Assembly (NCBI GenBank): GCA_030704615.1
Contig: CM060732.1
Coordinates: 12,028,001-12,092,000, forward strand
DNA: 64,000 bases
From: Takakia lepidozioides
Taxonomy: Eukaryota; Plantae; Bryophyta
Reading direction: 5' to 3'
The position numbers and the translations under genes were made by a program. The number at the start of each line of letters is the position of its first letter. Position 1 is the first letter of the stretch. A model generated the notes under the pieces. It searched no databases and was not told where the DNA came from. It saw only the letters and a program-made list of their open reading frames with translations. Shown here in pieces: positions 10,906 through 24,812 of this stretch.

Positions 10906-11082
10906 GCCGGGTAAGGGTAACCATAGTCGGAGGTTATGAGCATAAGAGAGATCAGACCCAACCTGCCAGCACTGAGCGAGCAGACGAGTGTTGGTCGATT
11001 ATCAAGGACCCACCCGGTTAATTACGGGTTATTTGCCGGGTAAGGGTAACCATAGTCGGAGGTTATGAGCATAAGAGAGATC
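10906..11082 (+). repeat. 48-bp exact direct repeat in the putative hAT subterminal region
   Basis: GCCGGGTAAGGGTAACCATAGTCGGAGGTTATGAGCATAAGAGAGATC at 10906-10953 and 11035-11082. Confidence 0.9.
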
Positions 11083-11532
11083 CAGGGACCCTGAACACCG
11101 CCGGTACTGTACAGCTGAAATACCCGGTGAAACATCCTAAACCTATGAACGAATAGCATCTGAAGACAGAACCGACCCAGATATCTCTTAAGTTGACGGA
11201 AGCGGTTATGATAGCTGCTATGGTTTCGAGGCAAGTAATAGTTTTCTTTTGGTGTCCAAGGGTCTATAAGCTTACTGTACATTGAAGTTGAAACGGCACT
11301 GCATTGAACCTCTGAGTGGTGGCGGCTGTGTGACGGCTATTTGCATTTGAAACGGCACATTGAACTTGAGGGCAGCATGGTGGCCGCGCTGTGATGGCTA
11401 CTTCCATTCATGTGGATATCTGCTATCGCTTTGCATTGATGCGAATCATCTTTCTTCCTCATGGTATATTTGCTCTCTTCTTCCACATTGTCAACATTTC
11501 AAACAGTTATCTTGTTCATGCACGTTGTGAGT

Positions 11533-14126
11533 ATGGGTAGTTCAAGTTCAGGTCAAGCTGTACAGGAGGAACAAGTTTCTAATTTGTCTGCTCCACCTCG
11601 CGAAAATTCAGGATCGGCTAGCTTTAGTCAGCAAATTGTCAGTGAGATTGAACTTGAGAGACATGTAGATGTTGTTGCATCATCTGAGGGTATCAATGTT
11701 GCAGAGGGTGTTTTATAGGTGCAACTAAATAGTTTGCATGCCCAAGCACGTTTCTGGAAACCTTATGCGTGTTCTTCCCTGTGCTGGTCATTCTTCGCAG
11801 TCAACGATGGCGGAGCTATTGACGTTGACAAACCGCAAGTGAGGAGATGTATAATCTGTCACGGTGCATCTGTGAGTTTAGATCTTTTAGTTCTTCGCAC
11901 GAAAAGGCTTGATTACTTACTTCAAGGCCAATGATATTAGTGCCATGAGAAAACATGTTGAGACGGAGCACTCACGCTTAAGAAGTAGATATGATGAAGA
12001 GGTGAGCAGCACGGCAAAGGATCTTTTGGAACGGCAACCTGCAAAGAAGCGCCCAAAAGTCACACCTAGTACGATCTCTAAGTTCCGCAGACCCCTGAAA
12101 AAATGACGCACCCACACAGAAGTCTTTCCTTGAGAATCTTCTTCTGTTTGTTATTAAACAGTACTTGCCGCTGAGGACAGTAGAATCAGTGTGGCTGCAA
12201 AGGTTGGCATTGGGCTTGTGTCCAAGAATTGTGTTTCCAAGACGATTAGTGTTTACAGACAAAATATTGCCTAGTCTGGTTGACAAAACGAGAGAAAAGT
12301 ACGTCATTCCAGTATTGACGTCGTGTATCACAGCAACCGCCACCTTTGACTTATGGATGTCAAGAGGTGCGCATGATATTTTCGCCGTTGTCGTTAATTT
12401 TCTATCCTCTGAATGGGAGCCCAGACATGTGACGATTGGTTTTTTAAGTAAATCACACTACTGGACAGGCCATGACGATGCAGCTGTAAAATCTGTTAGA
12501 CAAGTTTTCTTTGACAAATAAAATCATCTGTTATGTCAAAGACGAAGGATCTAATTTGTCTACCCTAACCGTTCCGTTAACATCCATCGTGAGTTGTGAA
12601 CCATTGGGCTTGCAAGAGCCTTTATCAGGAAATTGCTTCGCACATGCCATGTCTAAGGTTTGTCGGTATGCAATCACTGATGAGAAAGTCTGTCGAGGGT
12701 TCTCTTATGTGTCCATCGAAGCTGCTCTAAGTGACATATAGAAATGTATCACCTGGCCTAGGAAATCCAGGAAAGGCCGAGAAGCATAGGATGCAGCTTG
12801 TATCGCTAAGGGGCTCCGTCCAAGAAAGCTCAACACTCCTGTGAAAACTAGATAATCAGTTGTTTTATAGAATTTCAAAAATTTCTAGATTGCATCATTT
12901 TTGTGTTGATGGGGCTGAATAATTCAAATGTGGCTTTGTGTTGCCTTGTGTATGTAAATAGGATTGTGCATCTGAGTTGTATTAATTTCTAATTGGTGTT
13001 AACTTTCTTGTGGGACGCTTAGATTTGTAAGCCGTATTCTATTATTTCAAGATGCTCTTTGGTTTCGAGCAGCCATCAATCACTGCTACAGCCATGCAGA
13101 CAGTTATGATCTGCAATCTTGAGTCCTTGGTGCGAGGACATGGGCAATGGTTGATGCCGTTGTCAAGACTTTGTCACCGGTAGTCACAAATTGTGTCCTA
13201 AACCAAAGTAGAGGACACTGGTTATTATCAGATGCTTTGCAATCAGCCATAGCCTTGGTTGTTAAATGTCAAAGGGACATTGATGCAAGAATTGTGGAGG
13301 ACAACTTGGGGTATGTTGCAGCTAAACGAGTTTGACAGGGAGCTCGAAGACTTCAGGATCAACATGCAGACAGAAGTGATTGGTGTCTTGACTCCTTTTT
13401 TGTCATTCATGCACAAATTTGACAAAAGAAAATGTCATAATATTCTTGCTTTAATGCTCGATCGTCGCCTCAAAGGGCTGGCCCTAGTCAGTGAGTTTGT
13501 AGGAAAAGATGCAGCTCTCTGATACCTCTGCTCACCGATTGTCACCGTCGCATTGCTGGGTTTGATGGTCATGAAGAGTCACAAATTGATCCAGCATGGT
13601 TCAACACACTTGACCCTTTCCTAATGTCAGTGACGACATCAGAGACAAACAAAGAGTTTGTGACCAGGGAATTGTCATCATTCCAACGCTTTACAGTGGA
13701 CTTGGAGAGGTACAAGGAGCCTTTAATGTGGTGGAAGTCCAATGAAGTCACATTTCCTACTGTGGCTTATTTAGCTCGACAAATTCTAGGCATCGTTGGC
13801 AGCCAGATTGAAACTGAAAGGATCTTTTCTCTTGCAGGTTTACTTACTTCACTACGACGATGCAGGCTTCAAACCAAGAACCTGACAAAATAATATTTGT
13901 TGCAAGAAACTGGCCAGATGATCCGCGAGAGGGATGTGAGAGATCCACTTTAGAACAATGTCAGGAGATTGAAGAGGATCTTGAAGAGATTTTGGAAGAA
14001 GAATTTGACGAAGAGATTGAGCGAGAAGAATACGGGCTCCCAAATCATCTGTTATCGTGCTGCGTGCTGCGATCTGCCTGCTTAGAGTACTTCAGTTGTG
14101 CTGCGTGCTGCGATCTGCCTGCTTAG
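11533..14126 (+). pseudogene. Degenerate hAT-superfamily transposase (BED finger, DDE core, hATC dimerisation domain)
   Basis: Fragments CWSFF...RCIIC...MRKHVETEH, ATFDLWMSRG, CFAHAMSK and PLMWWKSNEVTFPTVAYLARQILGIVGSQIETERIFSLAG, broken by several frameshifts and stops. Confidence 0.9.
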
Positions 14127-14189
14127 AGTACTTCAGTTGTGCTGCATATTGCGATCTGCGATCTGCCTACTTAGAGTACTTCAGTTGTA
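14057..14189 (+). repeat. ~41-bp tandem repeat x3
   Basis: GTGCTGCGTGCTGCGATCTGCCTGCTTAGAGTACTTCAGTT repeated with small changes at the 3' end of the hAT ORF. Confidence 0.85.
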
Positions 14190-17020
14190 TCGCAGGTTAT
14201 ATTTCGGTTATATTCCGGTTATAACAAAGACCCGACTTGAAATATCACCTCAGGTTATTATTTGTTTATGAACCGGCAAATGACCCGACCCCACATATTA
14301 CTGAAAATTTCATAACCGTAACCTGCAAATAACCTTCATTCAAGGTGCATATTTTACCTACAACCGGAGTATACTGTGTGAGTCAGCTTGTATAACCTGA
14401 ACCTCAGGAGCTTTGAAAATTTTGATAACCGACCAACATTGGAGCAGACCCGACCTGCCAGCAGACCCGGACCCTGGGGGTGGTCACGGGGGCGCCCGAC
14501 GTCCGTGCATGGGCCGGCTGCCTGGCGCACACCCACGCCTTAAACTCCCAATTATTCAAAAATGAGAGGCGTTTGTTACCTGGTTAGAAGTAGCCTCACC
14601 TATTCATGTTAGTAGGCTCGTCTATTCGCGCTAGTAAAAACACCTATTCACGTTAGCCGACTCACCTTATTAAAAATCATCTATGTGAACCGTGGGACAT
14701 CGTGATTTGACGGATTTCCGACGCCTTGAAGTTGTGCGGGGGCTTTTGTAGGGGACGATCTTAGGTGGGCCCACGGAATTGGGTGAGATTATACCACAAT
14801 TGGAACCAGTGGTTACATTGATGTGCAAAATAAAAATGAAATTGTTAATTTTTTTAAAATAAACAAAATGACATAAAATTGTTCTGTATCGGTGAAGGAA
14901 GCATTGAAACCACTGTCCCCTGTTCTGTCAAAACAACAAATAAAAACGAAAAAAAAAGAAACCGTTGGAATCTCATACCGACGGGTTGTGTGTCTATCTA
15001 TGCAGTCAATGAAATGCGACAGCGACAGATTCACTCTGTAAAAGGAGTAGCCCAATAGCGGGAAGATCAAACTGAGCTAAATCTTATCGCAGTCTCTGCA
15101 GGAATCGTGTGGATATATGAGCAGGAGAGTGGAAGCTCGTGAAGCTTGTATCGAGAGTACTTGTTACTCGAATTTCTTAGCTCGGAGAGTGTCGTTGTCA
15201 AAAGCTTTCGTAATCTGCAATCTCTAAGTCTCCCCGCCAGCTGATTTCTGCACGCTTCGTTCCAAGCCGACGCTTGTTTGCAGTGGTGGATCAAAGACGC
15301 AACTGCAGCGGTTTCTTGTACAGACTCAAATTGCATTCCTGCGCGCGATTCGATACGCGACTGGTCCTGAATATCCCTGGTGTTTGTTTATTCTGATGCC
15401 CCATGGGATATCGAGCTCATCATTATTGTACAGTACTTGTTGTATCATTTGGACGAATTCGTAACTAGCAGCAATTGTTTGACGATTCCAGGTCGACCCG
15501 ATTTGGCACGATTGCTCAAAGCAATACTTACCTCATAGCAATCGGTGGAGGCACCAGTTTTTGTGCACTCGTGAGTGGAGTGACTCGTCTCCTTGGCTAA
15601 AAACTGATGATCTGGCTCTGGCCTGGAAGAGGAGGAGCCTTATCAGTGATCACCTACCGTTTTACGATATGGGCTATGATCTTGGGAAACGAAGTGATGA
15701 TCTAAGACGCCAAACAGACATCTTCCACATCACGGCTCCTGGTATCGGAAATTTAAAAGACAATCAGGGAATTCACAAGTGGTACTAGCTTCTCAGGAGT
15801 AACAATCTGAGAACAAGGAGGACGCGCAGGGAGATCCAGGAAGATGGCCACCGTCAGTGTACCCCGGGCTCTGATGAAGGATACTAGCCCCGACGCGAAG
15901 GCGAGTGGCTATGATCGAGAAATTGAGGTAATTAGCTTCAGACTGTACATTGATTGCGCTCTCTTTGGATCTAGAGAGAACTAATTTCTTCAGAGTTCCT
16001 GTCGAATCGATGTTTGGACACTTCTGCGCTTGGTCAACTTGTTAATTACTAGTACTCCATAGCGGGGCATACAATCAGAGCCCTGAATTACGTGCGGCCT
16101 TTCCCAAGTTCACCTCTGGACATGTAGCTCGCAGTGCCTGAATTGAAAGTTCCCCTCTGTCAACTCAACAGACAATCGAAATATCGTCGATATAATTCTT
16201 AGAACCTCCTGGAAGCTAGCTGGAAACGCCCTGTCCAGAGTGATGTTAAATTTTCCAGTGATTTTATGAAGTCAAGTATGAAGAGATGGAGGGTGAAATC
16301 TCAGAGAAAGACCCGAGGAAGAAATAATGATTTCAAGGAACTAATTACGATACACTGTCCAAGTTACAAAATATGCGCATCACTGCAAGACTCCCATGCG
16401 CAGCTGTGCTCACCAGCAGCAATTTATGAGTAGCGGGAAGGGAGAGTCAAGATGAAAAGGGTAGGAGCCCGGTAGGAGATGGGAGGGTGCCAGCTGAATC
16501 TATGGATTCCGTAATTGAGAGAAGTTTCTAGAGTGAAGAGGGATCTAGCGACCTCAAACACCGGCGTAATGGGTGGGCTCTTTGCATGTTCAACTCGCTA
16601 TCACACTGTAGGGAGTGGTCGAAGGGAACCATCGATCAATGAAGGCTATTAAATTCTGGGCCGGTCCTGTGTGAAGTACATACGAAATTGGCATGATAAT
16701 GCAAGTCATCGTTGGAATGCAATATTTCTTATGCATGTTTGCTTGCATCTGGCGGCTCATTATAAAAATGTGGAGGTCAATAGCAGGCCCGTAAGTCCCG
16801 CGATATGTCCATGCCCCTAGCGGGTTTGAAGTGTGCAGAGGAGAGGTACTACGAGAGCAGTCACAGGGAGTCGATACAATATATACTTGTAGAATTACAG
16901 AGGCCTGGGAATTGGATGGCTCCAGTACTTGAGTATATGCCTAGATTGCAGAATTGACAAGAATTTGGGGTGCCTGCGAGCAGAAGGGACAAGGCTATGG
17001 CACGTTTGTGAATATTGCAG

Positions 17021-20000
17021 AACCAAAATTGGTGCTAGGCTTATGGGAGGAAGATCGAAAGGGCTTGGCCTACGAAAATTGGAATGAGTGGACTACCCGC
17101 CTTGCTGACTCTGCCCCTTTTCCATTCCTGTTTCTACTGATTCCCCAAATTATCCTCAACTGTGAGAACCTGCTTTCTGGTGACTTCGGAGCTTTATCTG
17201 ACATACCTTGGATTGTAAGTGGTTTTCCACATCCTTTCCAGGACTTGCTCTATATCTTTAAGAAAATCCTGGACAGTCTTCATGTCTGTCTTGCAAGGAT
17301 CTGCAGATGTTTAAGATGTCGAAATTTGAATAGAATTAAGTCTGCAAGCTTATACATTTCAAAGCTACAGACATATAGCAAAGTCTGTTTTGTCTAGAAG
17401 ACAATGTCTCATATTGATGCAAGTAAACGTGCATCCATATTTGGAGTAATTGGCTTTGTTGCTCAAGCAAGTGAGATGTGTGATCCAGCAGATCTGTTAT
17501 CTTGCTTTGCAGTTTTATTCAACGGGAGTGCTGTCATGCCTGTCTATGCTCTCGTACTTCGGGGAGAAGAGGGAAAGAGGGGCTATGGCGACCCAATCAA
17601 TGGGGGTGCTGGCGAACCTGTTGGTCCTCATGCAACTAACCATCGCGGGGAACTTGCAGACCCCTGTATTTGCTGCGATTGCAACAGTTGGGTTTGTGGG
17701 GTTTTTTCTGAACTTATTGAACTACCTGCATCTGCTTCGTCCGACCATTTGGTTGCTCTGGAAGGAGACGGTCGTTCTTGGCAGTGTGACTGGGCTTCCC
17801 CAGGTACGGAGTCCATCTCCTTGCGTTTTCAGGATGCCGGTTGTATTCGTCTCCAGATCATTCAAGATTGGGACGCTTGCTTGTTCTCTGGTTGTAAAGT
17901 CGAAGTTTGCTTCGGCAAGTGGTAGAGGTCTAGAAATATGTGGAAGTCTTGTCCCTGTCCTGTTCCGAGAAGGTTTCTTCAAGCACTAAAAATAATAGGA
18001 GACAGTTGGAGGCTACTCGTGTAACGTCGTATATTATTTGCGTAAATCACATCCACAATAAGATTTCCTCCTGGGATTACGAACAACAGTAATTGGGACG
18101 AGGGTGTTGCAGATCATGTGGTCGACATTCGAGCCATACCTTCCCCACTCTGTTCTTCCTGCAATCCTGGGTGGCGTTGTGGCCACAATCTTGGTTTCGC
18201 TGGTAGGTTTTCTCGGTTTTCCATCTTTTGCATATCCAGCTCTCACGAAACCCTCGCCTCCTTTTGTCTTTCTCGTCTAGCAATATAGTGGTTGGGGTTG
18301 GATTTGTTCCTGTTTTGCTGTCCCAGGGGCCTCTAGGTCTCCCTTAACAGACATTTGCTTTGCTCTTTGCCCTTTCTTGTGTCCCACTTCAGTTATTTGA
18401 CCATACACACCAACTGCTCCTTACAGTGGGCTTGCAATCGCAAGGCTAGAAAATGGATTTCTATGACCCAGATGGTAATGTGACTTCTCTTGGCAGCATA
18501 TTGGAAGAGAAGTGGCGCGTTGGCAATCTCTAACTTGCCAACCATCCATAGGAGCTGACTAGATGTTTGAGACTTCCTGTAATTCTTCTGTGCTGTCCTT
18601 CAAATTGTGGTAAGTTGGAATTCTACTCTGACATCCTCTTTGATATGCTTCAGGCTCGGTGGAAGTCGGTGCCAGAGAAGCTTCTGCATCTCATGGGTGG
18701 CCTCTCAGCTTGGTCTGCAATATGGGGACCTGTTATACAAATGGTTTGTTTCCTCTGGAACGTTTCTCCTGAGTGCTTACTACAACACATTCTTGCATGT
18801 GCTTACTCAGTAATCACATGACTTCACATTCTTGGCTGGCAAAGTAGCTGAAAGGCTCTCAACATATGATTTAGTCCTACGAGAACTATTGCTCATAACT
18901 GGTTCAATTTATATTACACGCTGGCAGCGTCAAATTTGACTAAAGAAGAACCATAGCTTGGATAGCCATCATGGATCTTTGCAATGTCTCTTACTATTCT
19001 GGAGCTTTCCCATACTGATTATCAAGTATTGGGAACTATCTGGAACAGTGGACATTCTGTATGCACCCGGCCAACCTAAGGGGACTCTCAGTGAGCACAG
19101 TGTTGCTGACTATAATAGGCAATGGCTTACTGATGCCTCGGGCCCTCTTCACTCGTGATCTTGTGTGGTACACTTTCTTGCGCCATCCCCTATCAAACTA
19201 TGTCCCAGTTCGTTTTGGTGAGCTTACAAACTGCACATATTCTTCAGTATCACGTTTGATATTGATGAGGATTGGGTGGACACTGGACACTTATTTTGCA
19301 CGTGTAGGCATCCCAACCCAATCCTCATATTTCAAGTGTGACTCTAATGCTATGCTCTTCAAGGAGAGCTAATATCAAGTACTATCTTCTGAAGTGAAAG
19401 TGGGATTGCAGGTTTACAACAACAGCATGGGGTGCAGGTTTCTCAGGGTGGGGAATTTTGCTCAAAATGTACTTGTGAGTTTCCCGGTCTCTCTTTCACC
19501 CTCTTCACACACGCTTGCAAGTGCATTGTAGGTTGGATACCCCTGCTTTGAAAAGAATTTGTCATGTTTTACCTCTACAATTGAATGTGACATCTGGGCA
19601 ATCTCAGTGGTGGAAGTGCTACCTCCACTTGATGAACACGGAGAAACAGGTTAGTCAGGAGTTACAGGTTAGTCAGGGAGGAGGAGAGAGTACCTTGTCC
19701 TTACTCAGACTGAATTTTTTTAGAGTTGGTCTAGCATTCTTATAGCAAGCATAACTCTATCACTGCAGGTGCTTTCAACTAACCAAGTTCATCTCTAATA
19801 TGGCAGAGCCTGGTATGTTGCAGGAACCAGGATGTTAACGGAGTTTTATTCTGGGGAGTGTTCTGCAGTACAGCACTTTCTCTAGGTACTACTCTCATCT
19901 CCCTGATAGGAGGCTGGCAATGAACACTATACATGAGCCCACACAGATCAGTGCTGTTTGTACGTGTAGTGTTTCCAACTATCTACTCAAGACAGATTAG

Positions 20001-20166
20001 GGATGTAACTCCATAGTATAACTGATATCACTGGTGCTTGCATGCAGGTAACCTTTTCTGGATAGATTCAAGGGCACATGATCAGCCCACTCCTTTCAGC
20101 CCACTCATTGAACTTCTTTGTGGCTCTAGACTGGTTCCTCCCTGTCCCTCTGAATGCTCTTATTAG
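17021..20166 (+). CDS. MEX1: Maltose excess 1 (MEX1/RCP1)-like plastid maltose transporter, multi-exon; 5' exons unresolved (candidate exon 15844-15927)
   Basis: Exon peptides PFLFLLIPQIILNCENLLSG...PW, LSYFGEKRERGAM...GLPQ, IMWSTFEPYLPHSVLP, GLSAWSA, PANLRGLS...GNGLLMPRALFTRDLVW and C-terminal WIDSRAHDQPTPFSPLIELL match the MEX1 family as I recall it. Stop TAG at 20164-20166. Confidence 0.85.
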
Positions 20167-20899
20167 AGTTACATGGCCTTGTATCATACAAACCTGCTAG
20201 TAACCACCCATGCACCTACCCGTGAGCAAAGTTCACACTTCAGACATTTCTGCAACATCAACTGCTTGAACTTCCTTGTGGCAGAGTGACACGACACAGG
20301 CACTGCAAAATCTTCCGGGAGTCGACCTCAGTGAGGTATGCCCACAAGTGTACATGGTCTCTACTTCAGGCAGAAATGTTGTCTGATACCAGCACGCAAT
20401 CAACATCCAGTGGGCTGGGGTATACCCAAAAATTCAGATTGGTGCTGCCAAACTGGTTATCTAGACATACCAGTGCCGTGGATACAAGATCTACATTCTC
20501 ATCAGCTAAGTCTGTCAGAGAGATTTTGGGCTACGGGTGAACAGCACTTTCAAAAAGTTGTATCAGATCAGATGCATGTCTTATGGCATCATGATTGGTA
20601 TTTTTAGATCCCCCCCCCACCGCACCCCACCCACACAAGACAAGTGTAATCTCCTGGATCAATATATGGATATTCAACTACAAAAGGAGCAGGAGAAATG
20701 AACTGACCTTTGACTTTTTGTTTTCTCTGTTCATTGCATCATTGAGCTCAAAAGTATGTCATCTAGTACAATGTTGTAGCTCTCCAGGTCTTATCTACTG
20801 GTTGATGCACTACGAATTCCAAACGAGTATCTGTTCTGGCCAAGCCAAGTTTATCTTTCCCATACCTAATAGATAGGTAGCAGAAGAAATGAAATCAAA

Positions 20900-23800
20900 T
20901 GGTGCTTTATAATATCCCCGAAGCTCAAAGAGCTTATGAGAGAAAGAAAGAAAAGAAACAAGAAAGAGAGGGACCCTCCAAAAGAAGCCCAAAAGCAACT
21001 ATTGTTCAAGAGATTGTCTAAAAGTCAAGCTGTCAAGCACTTCTGATCCATGCCAGGTTCCACAGACTTCTATGTACTTCATCAGTATGCAGCGACAGTC
21101 AGGCCCTTCTACACTATGCCGGGATGGCCCCCTCTATAGCAATTCGTTCGACGCCTTTGAGGTAGCTGTCCCTCTCCCTTCGGGTGTAATGGAAGACTGC
21201 CATGAGATAGGTGGTCCCCATATTGCAGGTTGTCCACCTACCAGTCTCTATCTGCAGACTGTGGGAGCCCACTCAACCTCCCCAATGCCCTTAGTAGAGA
21301 AGGAGATAGAGCTGCAGAAGGTAATCGGGCCGCAAAAATTCTATCTTCATGGAGGACCAAGAATGTCTCCCGATAGAACTGCAGTTTGTTGACTTTGCCT
21401 GATTCTCGTTCTCGTCTGATGTATCTATTGCCGTCCTGTCTGGACACAATTTCCACCCCCCCTGTATTTTATGGCAGTAGAGAAGTAACGGAGAGTCCAT
21501 TGCGCTCAAAGATGTTGGACACCCGAGTATGCCAGGAGGTCTTGAAACCAGCGGTTTTGAGCCTGATAGAAGTTGCTAGGGCCCGGGCTGTCAGCCCTTT
21601 GGGTGGAAGGGCTTGTAACCTTGTAAGAAAGATTGTAAGAAGACAGTAAGAAGATGGCCATCTTTCTAATAGGAAGACGGCCTCGGTTAGAAGCAGTACG
21701 CATACAAATTCCGCACATAGAATTTGTGATGGTGTTGTACCTCTAGATCCAGACGTTCCTTGAAAGGAACTTTATAATGTTCGCAGGAAGCTCAAAGAAC
21801 TTATGGTACAAAGGTACAGAACAGAAAGAACAAAAAGTCGGGTCCCCCAGCAACTAGCACTATCAACAAGAAAGAGGGACATTGAATGCCTGCTTACTAC
21901 ACCAGGCCCTACAACTTCTTTGATAGAACCTAGAAATACTAGGTAGAAGAATCAGGGAACGAAAAAGCTGTCATGGTGTTTCACCCATACTTCAACCAAC
22001 ATCTTAAGTGACGTGGCATCGTCATGTCTTTGCTCAGGGTCTGTTACTCACATATTGGACTCCAGTTGCCTTCAAGCCCTCTTAAGACAAATCAAATACA
22101 GGTAACAAACTGTAGTTCATGCTAGCCAAATAGGAGTTTGCTCACAATGATTATCGAGTTGAGAGCTACTAGCGGCACTGTAACAACCACCCCCACCCCC
22201 ACATCCACCCCTCTCAGCACCACAATGGTCGGTAATAAATTAGCCTCTTGCTGGTCTCTCTTTCGCCAAGCAGAGTTTCTCTTCTCTACATGTGTTAGGT
22301 AGAGGGCTACATCAGCAGGGTCAACTTGCTGCGACATGTACCAGCCTTTAATCAATGGCACTGTAATAGGATTCCCATGGGATAAGCCCAGGTGTTTTGT
22401 GAATTCCCAGCTGAGTTTCATCCCCTGGTAAACTAGTACCTGCAGTTAGTTTATCACGAGCAGTGTTAAACCAGAGTGCTGTACTTGAAAAGGGGGATCA
22501 ATTTAGAATGAACAGAAGCACCTGCAAGGGAAACCATGGAATAGGGCCTCATCAAGCACAAACCTCGTAAATATTGTACCGCATGCAGTAAACCAATGAC
22601 CTGCCCCTTGAATGATGAAACTCTCCCACTGCCCATACCTGAAAAGCCCCAACCATCTGTAAAGCCCACATATGTTAGAGGTGGGGAGGAACATATGCAC
22701 ATCTCTTCCGAAATAGCTACAGAGCATTTACATTTCATGCAGGAGAGGTCAGGACTGAAACCCTAAAATGAACGACTTCAAGCATGATGACAGGGTGCCC
22801 ATGCGCGGATGCATTGACCATTTCCCGCACAACAAATACATATGCCCCAGATTACTGGTTCTGAGATGAGATTCCCATATCCCTAAATGCTTTCCCCCAC
22901 ATCGTAAGGAAAAGGGAGAAAGAAGGAGGGAGAGAACTCTGAGGGAGAGAACTCACATAAAGAACCAAGGAGAGAAGAACAGAAACATACGTATGCAGAT
23001 CTCAAAAACCTTTTAGACAGAAGGGTGATAGTGTGATCTCTAGTAGAGGATAGGGAACTTACTAGGTGCGAGAAAGCGGTCTTCATTCAGTATGGCCAGC
23101 GCATTGGTGAGCATCAGGACTGCCTCCACAAACTGCCACAAGCTCATAGTTGCACAATTGGTGACCCACTGCTGACTTTGGTGTGTGTGGGTGCTTCCCA
23201 CCTCCCACAATCTTCACCTCTCTCCTCTGCCCAGCAATAATCTTCTTCGTACCCTGCGAGCAGACTTCGTAAGAACTCGCAGAAGAGAAGCAGCAGCAGC
23301 ACAATGCATTTTCGAGTTTTTATGAATGTTGTCAGCACAAGGACCAGAACTCATCCGGAAGCACCACTGTTCATATGAAATCAAGGTTGTTCATCCATGA
23401 TGACAACGAATAATCTCACATAATCGTGTTTAGAATGCGTAAACAGGTTGCTTTAGATCGTGACAGCGCTGAAGTTTTCTTCGGCAATGGCATGACTCGC
23501 TGCCAGAGCAAGCAATTCTTTCTGGGTATCAGCTCCAGCTTGCAGAGCCTCTTCTTTTTGGGAAGTGATTCTCAAGCATACCGCGCAGCTGCCATTTTTT
23601 GTTGCACATGTATTTAGTCCAAGGAACGTCCTCGAGTGATCATTGAAGGTAGGTGCATCCACAGGCAATTGGTATTTCTCCAGTTACGGAGCTCTCCACA
23701 GTCGCTCGCGCGTTTGCAACTTTCTACCCAGTCTTCTGTCTACAACTTTTGACGCTATGTAGATCCTCGATGTATGTAGATCTGAGGGTTTCTAATCAGT

Positions 23801-24420
23801 ACTTGTGCTCTGACCCCTTCTCTCAGCCGCATCCGAACCTTCTCGAAAGTGGCTGTGTCCTCACCACGGATGAGAACTCCCACATCCCATCCTTAGGGTA
23901 CACCAAGAATTGTTCTCCGAACTTGCAACAGGAAGCCCACTAGTCTAGGCCACAACAAACAACAGTAACATGGATAAAAAACCCGCACGTTACTAGGAGA
24001 AAGTGCCTCATTAGGTGGTTCACTACAGTACTTGGGTCCTCATACGTGCAGGCCGCTGCAGAGGAGGGAGAGAGAAGAGAGAGAAATTCCATGATGAAAA
24101 CATAAAAGCAGCTCAGTCTCAACTACACACTACCCAAAGCGAAACAGAAACAGCTACGTGATCGAACGTGGTCTCTGGAAAGCTTAATCGGCGCAAGAAA
24201 ACGATCTTGAACTTTCAGTATATTCTCCAGCATCAGCACCCTCTCAGCACCGCCTCCACAAACTGCGACCTGATCTTCTACACAAAGCCACGCACCATTT
24301 GACTGTGTGAGTGAGTCTCATGCCTGCCCTTACTCTCTCTGCACTTCTCTTCCCTGTACAGAATGCTCTGCCATGCATCCTCCTCTTCTTCCAAAGATTC
24401 CTGGACACAACTCAAACAGG
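20900..24420 (-). mobile_element. Highly degenerate non-LTR retrotransposon (LINE) remnant; boundaries approximate
   Basis: Minus-strand RVGSHSLQIETGRWTT (~21229-21275) matches the HxLxIETGRW motif downstream of RT in RTE-X/CR1/L2-type LINEs. The rest is stop-ridden. Confidence 0.45.
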
Positions 24421-24549
24421 AAGATATGAGATGCTCTGCAGATCTCTATCCTCCCGCATCGGCGGCTAGTAATGAATTACGGGGCAGACACTGATTATTC
24501 CACACCCAGGGATTTGAACTCCTAATCACCTGGGTGCCACAATGCATTA

Positions 24550-24812
24550 GGGTAACTGTACCTATCATTGCACAAACCCCTATTATCGCGCACCCCAGGT
24601 GCACAATGATAGGGGCAATAATACTTGGTTTTACGAAGATTATATAGGCTCGTTGTGCCCAACACTTCCATGCGATGTATTGGGTTTTGTAAATTTCGTA
24701 AATTGGGTTTGCCAACCTCCCCCTAGGTCCAAATTTTGTACCAGAATATGATCATATGAACAAGTTATGGCTTCTCAAAATCTTAAATGGGCAATGATAG
24801 CTACAGTTACCC
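24550..24812. mobile_element. MITE, 263 bp (Tourist/PIF-like termini)
   Basis: 22-bp TIRs GGGTAACTGTACCTATCATTGC / GCAATGATAGCTACAGTTACCC (1 mismatch), flanked by TTA and TAT. Confidence 0.8.
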